Source: the human T2T-CHM13v2.0 reference genome, Homo sapiens
NCBI RefSeq assembly: GCF_009914755.1
Contig: NC_060947.1
DNA: 64,000 nt
Reading direction: 5' to 3' (one strand)
The notes below the pieces were generated by a model, which saw only the letters and a program-made list of their open reading frames with translations, did no database searches and had not been told where the DNA came from. Positions 1 to 11,644 of this stretch are shown one piece after another; the stretch's first letter is position 1; each line of letters starts with the position of its first letter. Both the position numbers and the translations under genes were made by a program.

Positions 1-900
1 AGCCAGGAAGCAGAAAGTATATGCATCAGGTATGAGGAAGAAAATAGATTTTGGAAGTTATGAGAACTGTAGAGAGTGAGTTGAGCATAGTTTGTGATTT
101 TGAGGGCCTCTAAAAGTATTAAAGCAGCGGCAGCCGCTGCATGCAGACATGAGGGCTAGGCTAAAACAGTAAGGTCAAGTTGTTTGGACAGAAAGGCTAC
201 AGGGTGTGGTCCTGGCTCTTGTGTAAGAATTCTGACCGTGCTAACCATGCCTAGGAAGGAAAGGAGTTGTTGTTTTGTAGAAGGTGCTGGGGTTTGAGAG
301 ATCAGTCAGACACGATTGGCAGGGAGAACACGTGTGTTTTTATGAGAATTATGCCAAGATAGGTAACAGATGAGGAAGAAATTTGGGCTTGATTGAAGTA
401 ATGGGGGCTGTCTGTGAAGCTTTGCAGCAGTACAGCCTAGGTAATTTGCTGAGCTTGATGGGTGTCAGGGTCAGTCCAAGTGAAAGTGAAGAGAGGCTGG
501 GATTAAGGGTGCAAAGGAATAGTAAAGAAAGCATGTTTGAGATCTAGAACAGAATAATGGGTTATAGAGGCAGGTATTGAGGATAGGAGAGTATATGGGT
601 TTGGCAGCACGGGGTGGATAGGCAAAACAATTTGGTTGATAAGGCACAGATCCTGAACTAACTTGTAAGGCTTGTCTGGTTTTAGGACAGGTAAAATGGG
701 GGAATTGTAAGGAGAGTTTATAGGCTTTAAAAGGCCATGCTGTAGCAGGTGAGTGATAACAGGCTTTAATCTTTTTAAAGCGTGCTGCGGGATGGGATAT
801 TGGCATTGAGTGGGGTAAGGGTGATTAGGTTTTAATGAGATGGTAAGGGGTGCATGATCGGTCGCCAAGGAGAGAGTAGAGGTATCTTATACTTGTGGGT
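1..900 (-). pseudogene. pol: HERV-H pol (RT) remnant with internal deletion
   Basis: ORF 503-868 gives the RT N-terminus (QYPIP, NSPILPVLKP, LVQDL); downstream reads FTWTDPDTHQ...DSPHYFNQA|QISSSSVTYLG with no YxDD; in-frame stops. Confidence 0.88.
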
Positions 901-949
901 TAAGGTGGGGGGATACAAGAGGAGGACACAAAGGAGGTCTTGGATTGGG

Positions 950-1260
950 AAGAAGGGCGGCAATGAGATATAGCTGTAGTCCAGGAATAGTCAGGGAAGC
1001 ATATAATTTAGTTAAAGTGTCTCAGCCTAATAAGGGAACTGGGCAGGTGGGGATAACTAAAAAGGAGTGCTTAAAAGAGTATTGTCTAAGTTGGCACCAG
1101 AGTTGGGGAGTTTTAAGAGGTTTAGAAGCCTGGCCGTCAATACCTACAACAGTTATGGAGGCGAGGGAAACCGGCCCTTGAAAAGAAGGTAATGTGGAGT
1201 GGGTAGCCTCCGTATTGATTAAGAAGGGGATGGGCTTACCTTCCACTGTGAGAGTTACTG
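950..1260 (-). pseudogene. pro: HERV-H protease remnant
   Basis: ORF 1022-1246: FLINTEATHS (catalytic DTG degenerated to NTE) and C-terminal CPVPLLG. Confidence 0.8.
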
Positions 1261-1279
1261 GAAGCTCGGCATCCGTGAT

Positions 1280-2560
1280 GGTCTAAGGGGCTTCCGAGGT
1301 GATCAGGCAGCGTCAGTCTTCAGCCGCTAAGCTGAGAAGATCTGGGAAGGAGTCAGTCAGAGAGCCTTGGGCCAGAGTTCCAGGGGCTCTGGGAGTGGCT
1401 GCCAGGTGAGTTGAACAGTCCGATTTTCAGTGGGGTCCCACACAGATGTCACGTGTCTTAGGAGGAATCCCGGGCTGCAGGCATTCCTTGGCCCGGTGGC
1501 CAGATTTCCGGCAAGTGTAGCAAGCTCCTGTGGGAGGAGGTTCTGGAGGAACGCCTGGCCGCTGCAGTTCAGGCGTTTGGAAGTTCTTGTGTGCTGGAGA
1601 TGTGGCTGGGGTTTGTCTCACAGTGGAGGCAAGGAGGAATTGCAACTTTTTTCTATTATTGTACACCTTGAAGGTGAGGTTAATTAAATCCTGTTGTGGG
1701 GTTTGAGGGCCGGAATTTAATTTTTGGAGTTTTATTTAATGTCGGGAGCAGATTGGGTAATAAAAGGTATTTTGAGAATAAGACGGCCTTTTGACTTTTT
1801 AGGGTCTAGGGCTGTAAAGTGTCTCAGGGTTGCTGCCAAACAAGTCATGAACTGGGCTGTATTTTTATATTTGATGAAAAAGCCTAAACACTATCTGATT
1901 TGGGATAAAGAAAAAGGAGCATTAACCTTGACTATGCCTTTGGCTCCAGCAACCTTTTTAAGAGTAAATTGCTGGGCAGGTGGGGGAGGGCTAGTCACGG
2001 AATGAAACTGTAAGCTGGACCAGGTGTGAGGAGGGGAGGCGATAAAAAGATTATAGGGTGGAGGAGCGGAGGCTGAGGAAGAATTGGGACCTAGCTTGGC
2101 CTGGCAAGGAGGGGAGAGGTCAGATGGCTCTGTAGAAAAGGAAGATTAGAAAGACTCAGCAACACTTGGGGTTGGGACTGAGGGGACACGCGGGAGGGAA
2201 AGAAGGAAGATTTGGGACGAGTTGCACTGGGCACAGAGACTAGGAAGGGACTGATGTGTAAAAGAATGCCTGGACGTCAGGCACTTCAGACCGTTTGCCT
2301 ATTTTATCACAAGAATTATTTAGATCTTGCAGGATGGAAAAATTCAAAGTGCCATTTTCTGGCTATTTGGAACTACTGTCGAGTTTGTATTGGTGTCAAG
2401 TGGCATTGCAGAAGAAAATAAGGCATTTAGGTTTTAGGTCAGGTGTGAGTTGAAGAGGTTTTAAGTTTTTGAGAACACAGGCCAAGGGAGTAGAAGGAGG
2501 AATGGAGGGTGGAAGATTGCCTATAGTGAAGGAAGCAAGCCTAGAGAAAAGAGAGACTAG
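1280..2560 (-). pseudogene. gag: HERV-H gag remnant
   Basis: ORF 1427-1666 contains a C-X2-C-X4-H-X4-C zinc knuckle; frame broken by stops and frameshifts; boundaries approximate. Confidence 0.8.
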
Positions 2561-2579
2561 AGAAATGGAGGGAAGGGGT

Positions 2580-2990
2580 TCGGGGTTCTTATCTTCCAGA
2601 AAAGTGGGAAAAGGGGTTGGGGCACAGAGATAAGAGATCGGGGTGTGGAAATAAGGGATGGGGCACAGAAATAAGGGGTCGGGGCACAGAAATAAGGGAT
2701 TGGGGCGCAGAGATACAAGGTTGGGGTGCAGAAATAAGGGATTGGGGGTTCTTGCCCCCTAGAAAAGCGGGACTTGCCACTAAGGGTGAAGGAGAAGGGG
2801 TTGAGGGGTACTTGCCCCTCCCCCAGAAAAGCGGGACTTGCCGCTAAGGGTGAAGGAGAAGGGGTTGAGGGGTACTTGCCCCTGCCCCAGGAAAGCAGAG
2901 AAGGGGTAGAGACAAGGAGAGAAGGGATTGGGGTACTTGCCCCTTCCCCAGAAAAGCGGGACTTGACGCTAAGGGTGAAGGACCAAGGCA
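2580..2990. repeat. HERV-H leader tandem repeats (~21-bp GGGGCACAGAAATAAGGGAT-like units and ~60-65-bp AGAAAAGCGGGACTTGCC...AGGGGTACTTGCCCCT units)
   Basis: Repeated units directly visible in the sequence; typical of the HERV-H pre-gag region. Confidence 0.8.
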
Positions 2991-3255
2991 GGCATCCCTG
3001 CATGGTCTGACACCTTTGAAACGTGGGTGAATAATCAGGGAGGCGTCCCTGCAATGATTAAACACCAAGGGAAGGCTGCCTTCCCAGTCCGTGACCGGCG
3101 CCGGAGTTTTGGGTCCACAGATAAAATGTATCTCCTTTGTCTCTCCCAGAAAATGAAAGGAATTGAAATTAAGAGAAGGGAGAGATTGAAGAGTAGAAAG
3201 AAGAAAGTGGTTGAGGGACAGTGAGAGAGGTTGGAGAAGAGAGTAAGAAGAGGCC

Positions 3256-3264
3256 GCTTACCTG
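3256..3264 (-). promoter_or_regulatory. HERV-H major leader splice donor
   Basis: Minus strand CAG|GTAAGC about 140 nt downstream of the LTR, where the HERV-H donor is expected. Confidence 0.75.
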
Positions 3265-3384
3265 ATTTAAAATTGGTGAGATGTTCCTTGGGCTGGTCGG
3301 TCTGAGGACCTGAGGTTGTAGGTGGATCTTTCTCACGGAGCAAAGAACAGGACAGGGGATTGATCTCCCAAGGGAGGTCCCCCG

Positions 3385-3402
3385 ATCCAAGTCACGACAC
3401 CA
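3385..3402 (-). promoter_or_regulatory. Primer-binding site, tRNA-His type
   Basis: Minus strand TGGTGTCGTGACTTGGAT versus canonical TGGTGCCGTGACTCGGAT (2 mismatches), 2 nt from the LTR end. Confidence 0.92.
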
Positions 3403-3404
3403 AA

Positions 3405-3857
3405 TTTCATGCGTGTCCGTGTGAAGAGACCACTAAACAGGCTTTTTGTGAGCAACATGGCTATTTATTTCACCTGGGTGCAGGTGGGCTGAGTCCGAAA
3501 AGAGAGTCAGTGAAGGGGGATAAGGGTGGGGCCGTTTTATAGGATTTGGGTAGGTAAAGGAAAATTACAGTCAAAGGGGGTTTGTTCTCTGGAGCACAGG
3601 AGTGGGGGTCGCAAGGTGCTCAGTGGGGGTGCTTTTTGAGCCAGGATGAGCCAGGAAAAGGACTTTCACAAGGTAATGTCATCACTTAAGGCAAGGACCG
3701 GCCATTTGCACTTCTTTTGTGGTGGAATATCATCAGTTAAGGTGGGGCAGGGCATATTCACTTCTTTTGTGATTCTTCAGTTACTTCAGGCCATCTGGGC
3801 GTATACGTGCAAGTCACAGGGGATGCGATGGCTTGGCTTGGGCTCGGAGGCCTGACA
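3405..3857 (-). mobile_element. 5' LTR of HERV-H (LTR7, probably LTR7up)
   Basis: Minus strand starts TGTCAGGCCTCCGAGCCCAAGCC and ends CACGCATGAAA next to the PBS; 453 bp; TATAAAA at 3535-3541; AATAAA at 3464-3469. Confidence 0.95.
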
Positions 3858-6800
3858 CTTACGGCAGACCACAAGACAGAAAGTTAGCGATTACTCAAAA
3901 GTCAATGATACTGTGGAATACCTAAAAGTAAATGAACCATGTTCAGGTCTTTGTTCACTTTGGATTGTCTCTTCTGCACTAGAATTACAACTCAAACAGA
4001 AACCAAGGATATGAAAACAGATCCCTTCTTCATTGTACCCCCAAAGTTTATATTCATTCTTCCAATTTATGTTGTAATTAAATTTCGGGTAATATAACTC
4101 TACAGATAATCATACCAGCTTTTCCTTTTTCATTAAAACAGTGCCATCTTTACAGGTAAAGGTAGGGTATTTATATACATATATGTACCTTGATTTTTAA
4201 TTCAGAAGCAACCTCATCAGTAATGCATACTTTCTGTTTTCTTTATTGCTAGTTTGCCAAGCAAAGGCATACTTTGGTATAGGCTACTGAGAAAGAGTCA
4301 AGTGGGGAAACAGAACAATTAGCACATTTCCATGCCCCGAATAGGTTCTAGTAAGGTAAGTCAAGGTGGATTGCCTGCTTTGTAGCACTCACTATAAGTA
4401 CTGTCCACTGGTTTCCTTAACTTATTATACTATAAATAATGACAATGATTTTAAATTCAAAATGTTAGCCTAAAAAGAAGTTTCATTATTATAGTTTAAT
4501 TTTCCAGATTTTTTGTCTACTACTGTTAAAAGTAAGTTGTTGCAGAGTTTATTTTTTTGTTTTGACCCTATATAGCACAAATTTCTATAAAAATGCCGTT
4601 TGTTAACCCAGATGAAATCATTTCAACAGCAGCACTTGTCTTTTCATAATGTGACTTAGGTACGTTTGAATATGTAATTGGTCTATGCTAAAAAAAAAAA
4701 AAAAAAAAGAAATTGTAATCAAAATGGTTGGCATTTTTTTTTTTTTTTTTTTTAGAACAGAATAAAAAGGGAAGAGGGGAACAAGGCCCTCAGGTACTGA
4801 GGGCAATTGTCAGGACTACAGTTAAGGAATGGAATATGGTTATAGCTTGGGGTTGTGGATAGGGAAAAACTTGGGTTTTTCTCTTCTACTACCCTCTCAC
4901 CAATCAGTACTTCTAGACACCAAAATGTGTGGGGTTTTTTTTTCCCCACACTGACCAATTATCCAGCACTAGCTGGGTGTCCTATAATTAAACTCGATTC
5001 TGACACTATGTAGCTAGAGAGAATATCAGACCCCACAGGTTAAGGGCTCAGTCCCACAACCACTTTGGTTGAAGGTGGATGAAGATGGAAGAAAATAAAC
5101 TCCACTGATGATCACCCCCACAAGGACACTGAGTTAACAACTATCCACAAAGAAAAAACACCTTTATAAGAACCAAAAATCAGGTAAGCACTCACAGTAC
5201 CTGGTTTTAACTTCATATTACTGAAAGAGGCACTGAATAGATAGAAATAAAAACAGTCCTGAATCACTGAACCACCCCTCCCCTACTCCTGGCACTGGCG
5301 GCCTGGTGTGGAGATTATCTCTGGGTGCTGGGGGAGAAAGAACACAGCAATTGTGAGGCATTGAACTCATTGCTGTTGTGTTAGAGCAGAAAGAAAAACC
5401 AGACCAAACTCAGCTGATGCCCAGCCACATAGGAAGGATTTAAACCAACCCTAGCCAGAGGGGAATGACTGATCCCAACGGTTTAAACTTGAGGGCCCAC
5501 AAACCTTGCCACTGAGGGACGAAGTAGTCTCCATGTCTAAGTAAATTTGAAAGACAGTCTAGGCCATAAGGACTGCAACTCTTAGGTGAGTTCTAGGGCT
5601 GAACTAGGCCAAGAAGCAGTGAGCTGGGAGGGCAAGCATCATACTGAGACACCAGCTGGGGCAGCAAAAGGAGTCCTGGCATCACCCCTCCCCTAAACTC
5701 AGGCTGCACAGGTCACAGCTCCAAAAGACACCACTTCCTTCCACTTGAAGAGAGGAGAGAGAAGAGTTGGGAGGACTTTTTGTCCTGCATCTTGGGTACT
5801 AGCTCAGCCACAGCAGGATAGGGCATCAATCAGAGTCTTGAGACTCCTGTTCCAGGACCTAGCTCCCAGGCAGCATTCCTAGACACACCCTGGGCCAGAA
5901 GGGAAATATTGCCTTGAAGGAGAGGACCCAGTCCTTCCAGCATTCATCACCTGATAACTGAAGAACTCTTAAGGCCCCAATAATCAGCAACGATACCCAG
6001 GAACTACATGAAAGGCTTTGGTGAGCCTCTGAGAGTTGCTGGCTTCAGGTACCAACACTGCCAGAGGAGAGTAGAGTACCAAACAGGCTCTTGGGGTCCC
6101 CAATCCCAGGATGTGACTCTTGGATGGCATTTCTTGACATACACTGGGCTAGAGGGGAGACCACTGCCATGAAGGGAAATTCCCAGACAAGGCAACATTA
6201 ACCATAAGCTGACTTAAGAGACGTTGGGTCTTAAGGGCTTATCAGTGGTAGTCTGGCAGTACTCTTCACGGCCAGCTGTGGTGGCAGCTACAGTGTGAGG
6301 CTCTCTGCCTTTGGAAAGGGGAGGGAAGAGTGGAAAGAATCGTGTGTTGTGATTTGAGTGCCAGCTCAGCCACAATAGAATTGAACACCAGATAGACTCC
6401 TAAGGTTTTTAATTCTAGTCTTTGACTCTCAGACCGCACTTCTAGAATCACCCAGGACCTAAGGGACCTAGATGCTCTGAAGAGAAGGATGCAGGCCTGA
6501 CTGGCTTTGCTGCCAACTGGTTGTAGAGCCCCAGGGCCTTGAGTGCACCTAGGCAGTAGCCAGGGAGTGGTTACAGCAGGTCTTGGATGTGACCCAGTGT
6601 TGTGCTGGCTTCAGGTCTGACTCAGTGCAGTCATAGTTGTGGTGGTTACAGGAGAGCTTCTGTTACTTCACCTAGAGCTTTTGGTGGCTCAGAACAGAGA
6701 GAAAGGCTCTATATATTTGGGATAAAGTAGGAGAAGAAAGTAAGACTCTCTACCTGGTAATCCAAAGAATTCTGCCAGATCTTGCCCAAGATATCAAGGC

Positions 6801-7046
6801 AGTACCTCTATGAGTTTGCAAGAATCACAGCATTACTGGGATTGGGGTTTCCCCTAAAGCAGAAACAGCTCAGATCAAAACATCCAAGTCCTTTAAAATA
6901 TCTGGAAACCTTCCCAGGAAGGATGGGACAAATAAGCCCAGACAGTGAAGACTAAAATAAATACCTAAGTCTTCAACATCCAGACACTGAAGAACATCAA
7001 CGAGCATCAGTACCATCAAGGGAAACGGAGAAATGGAGATATGTGA

Positions 7047-7402
<356 letters not shown>

Positions 7403-7759
7403 GAGAAATTCAAGATAACACAGAGAAGGAATGCAGAATTCTATCAGATCAATGAAGCACACATACAAGATCTAGAAAACAGCTCCAAATGAAAATCTGA
7501 GAGTTATTGGCCTTAATTAGGAGATAGAGAAAGAGATAGGGGTAGAAAGTTTATTCAAAGGGATAATAACAGGTAACTTACAAATCTAGAGAAAGATATC
7601 AATATCCAAGTATGTGAAGGTTCTCAAACACCAAGCATATTTTAACCAAAAAAGATTACCTCGAAGCATTTAATGCTCAAATGCCCAAAGATCAAGGATA
7701 AAGGATGGATTCTAAAAGCAGCAAAATAATAATAATAAAAATCATACAAGGGAGCTCCA

Positions 7760-7816
7760 AAAAGTTTGGCAACAGACTTTTCAGTGGAAGCCCCACAAGC
7801 CAGGAGAGAGTGATAC

Positions 7817-7888
<72 letters not shown>

Positions 7889-8012
7889 AAGAGCTGAAGG
7901 AAAAAAACTTTTACCCTAGAATAGTATATCCAGCAAAAAATATTCATCAAACATGAAAAGTTTGGCAACAGACTTTTCAGTGGAAGCCCCACAAGCCAGG
8001 AGAGAGTGATAC

Positions 8013-8084
<72 letters not shown>

Positions 8085-8151
8085 AAGAGCTGAAGGAAAA
8101 AAACTTTTACCCTAGAATAGTATATCCAGCAAAAAATATTCATCAAACATG
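7760..8151. repeat. 196-bp direct tandem duplication, each copy containing a compound (TG)n(TA)n(GA)n microsatellite
   Basis: Copies 7760-7955 and 7956-8151; non-microsatellite sequence identical by eye. Confidence 0.95.
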
Positions 8152-8308
8152 AAGGAGAAATACTTTCCCAGACAAACAAAAACTGAGAGACTTTATCAAT
8201 CCCAGAACTGTCCTACAATAAATGCTAAAGGGAGTATTTCAATCACAAATAAAAGGATATTAATGAGTAATGAGTTATCACTTGAAGTTATAAAACTTAG
8301 TGGTAATA

Positions 8309-8761
<453 letters not shown>

Positions 8762-11196
8762 TCAAAAATAATAACTAAAACAATTTTTCAAGACATAGTA
8801 TAATCGTATATAAATAGAAACAAAAAGTTAAAAAGTGGGTAGACTAAGTTAAAATGTAGAGTTTTTATTAGTGTTCTTTGTGCTTGTTTGTATGTTTATG
8901 CAAACAGTTTTAAGTTGCTATCAGGGTAAAATAATTGGTTATATGATAGGATTTTCAAGCCTCATGGTAATCTGAAACCAAAAACATACAAATGGATACA
9001 CAAAAAATAAAAAGCAAGAAACTGCATCATACCACCAAAGAAAATCATCTTAACTAGAGGAAGACAGGAAGGAAAGAAAGAAGAGAAGACCACAAAACAA
9101 TGAGAAAACAAATTTAAAAAATTTAAAAAAATACAGAAATAAGTCCTTACTTATCAATAATAATATTGAATGTAAATTGACCAAACTCTCTAATCAAAAG
9201 ACATAGAGTGGCTCAATGGATGAAATAATAAGACCCATTGATCTGTTACCTACAAGAAACTCCCTTCTCCTATAAAGACGCACATACACTAAAAATAAAG
9301 GCATAGAAAAAGATATTCTATGCCAATGCAAACTAAAAAAGCAGGAGTCACTGTACTTATAGCAAACAAAATAGATTTAAAGAAAAAACTATAAGAAGAA
9401 ACAAAAAAGATCACTATATAATGATAGTCAATTCAGTAAAAGAATATAACATTTAGAAATATGTATGAACCCAACACTAGACCATCTAGATCAATAAAGC
9501 AAATATTATTGAGTTGAAGAGAGAGATTAACTCTAATAAAATAATAGCTGGAGATTTCAACATTCCAGTTTCAGAAATGGACAAATCTTTCACACAGAAA
9601 TTCAACAAAGACTCATCAGACTTAATCTGCACTATAGACCGAATGAATCTAATAGATATTCTCAGAACATTTCATCCAAGAGCTGCAGAATACATATTCT
9701 TTTCTGCAGCACATGAATCATTCTCAAGGATAGACCATATGTTATGTCACAAAGAAAATCTTAAAATATTCAAAAAAATTGAAATAGTATCAAGCATCTT
9801 CTCTGACTGCAATGGAATAAAACTAGAACCTAATAATGAAAGGAATTTTAGAAAGTATACAAATACTTGGCAATTAAACAATATGACCACTGAATCAGTG
9901 AGGAAATTAAGAAAAAATCTGAAAAATTACTTGGAACAAATGACAATGGAAACACAACCTACCAAAACCTATGGGATATAGCAAAGGCAGTACAAAGAGA
10001 CCCATTTACAGCTATAAGTGCCTACATCAAAAAAGAAGACAAACTTCAAATAAACAATGTAATAATGCATCTTAAAGAACTAGAAAAGCAAGAGCAAACC
10101 AAACCTAAATTTGGTAGGAGAAAAGACATAGTAAAGATCAAAACAGAAATAAATAAAATTGAAATGGGAAAATAAATACAAAAGATCAATGAAACAAAGA
10201 ATTTTTTTTTTTTTTTTTTTTTTTTAGTTAAACAAAGTTGACAAACCTTTAGCCAGACTAAGGAAAAAGAGAGCAGATCCATATAAAGAAAATCAGAGAT
10301 GAAGACAGAGACATTTGAACTGCTACTGCAGAAATCCAAAGGATCATTAGTGGCTATTATGAGAAACTATATGCCAATAAACTGGAAAATTTAGAAGAAA
10401 TGGACAATTTCCTATATATATACAACCTACCAAAATTGAACCAGAAAAAAACTTCAAAACATGAGCAGACCAATAACAAATAATGAGATCAAGGTTGTAA
10501 TGAAGAGTATCTCAGTAAATAAAAGCCTGGTACATGATGGCTTCATTGCTGAATTCTACCAAACATTTACAGCAGAACTAATACCAATCATCCTCAAGTT
10601 ATTCTAAAAAATAAAGGAGAAAGAAATACTTCAAAACTACTTCTATGAGTGAGGCCAGTATCACCCTCATACCAAAAACCAGACAAAGATACATTAACAA
10701 AAGAAAGCTACAGGCCAATATCTCTAGTGAATATTGATGCAAAAATTCTCAACAAAATACTAGCAAACTAAATTCAACAATACATTAGAAAGAACATTCA
10801 TCATGACCAACTGGGATTTATCGCTTTGATGCCAGGATGGTTCAACATATACAAATCAATCAATGTGACACATTGTATTAACAGAATGGAAGATTATAAC
10901 CATATGATCATTTCAATTGTTGCTGAAAAAGCATTTGATAAAATTCAATGTCGCTTCATGTTAAAAACCCTGAAAAAACTGGGTGTAAAAGGAACATACC
11001 TCAACATAATAAGAGCCATGCATGACAGACCCACAGCTAGTATCACACTGAATAGGGGAAAACTGAAAGCATTTCCTCTAGGATCTAAAATACAAGACAA
11101 CCACTTTCACCACCACCACTTTCACTACTGTAATTCAACATAGTATTGGAAGTCTTAGCTACAGCAATCATGTAAGAGAAAGATATAAAGGACATT

Positions 11197-11644
11197 TGTG
11201 ATGGTTACTATTGAATGTCAACTTGATTGGATTAAAGGATACAAAGTGTTGCTCCTGAGTGTGTCTGTGAGGGTGTTGCCAAAGGAGATTAACATTTGAG
11301 TCAGTGGACTGGGAAAGGCAGACCCACCCTCAATCTGGGTCTGCACAGTCTAGTCAACTGCCAGGAAGCCAGAAGAAAAGCAGATGGAACGTGAAAAGAC
11401 AGTACTGTCTTAGTCTCCCAGGCTGCATCTTTCTCCCATGCTGGATGCTTCCTGCCCTTGAACATCAAACTCCAGGTTCTTCAGCTTTGGGACTTGGACT
11501 GGCATCCTTGCTCCTCAGCTTGCAGACGGCCTATTGTGGGACCTCACCTTGTGATCCTGTCAGTCAATACTCCTTAATAAACTCCCCTTTATATATACAT
11601 CTATCCTATTAGTTCTGTCTCTCTAGAGAACTCTGACTAATACA
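11197..11644 (+). mobile_element. MLT2A1 solo LTR (HERV-L) inserted into L1 ORF2
   Basis: TGTGATGGTT...CTGACTAATACA, 448 bp; TSD ACATT/ACATC. Confidence 0.9.

Larger units (their letters stand above)
1..3857 (-). mobile_element. HERV-H provirus, 5' portion (LTR7 + leader + gag-pro-pol remnants), continuing off the left edge
   Basis: LTR7 sequence, His-type PBS, Gag CCHC knuckle (CYTCRKSGHRAKEC), protease-like FLINTEATHS and RT motifs (LVQDL, VLDLKHAFFTIPLHP), all on the minus strand in proviral order. Confidence 0.97.

Noticed and set aside
2580-2990. Repeat units that could suggest a CRISPR-like array
   Set aside because: Degenerate tandem units without unique spacers, inside a eukaryotic ERV leader.
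2557-3054. 165-aa proline-rich ORF with internal repeats
   Set aside because: Arises from the HERV-H leader tandem repeats; no evidence of a real protein.
4928-4950. Small palindrome TGTGGGG-T9-CCCCACA
   Set aside because: Short, and recalled as part of the normal MER21 sequence.
10202-10225. Long T run inside a sense-strand L1
   Set aside because: Best explained as expansion of the short T tract present at this ORF2 position; no element body or TSD.
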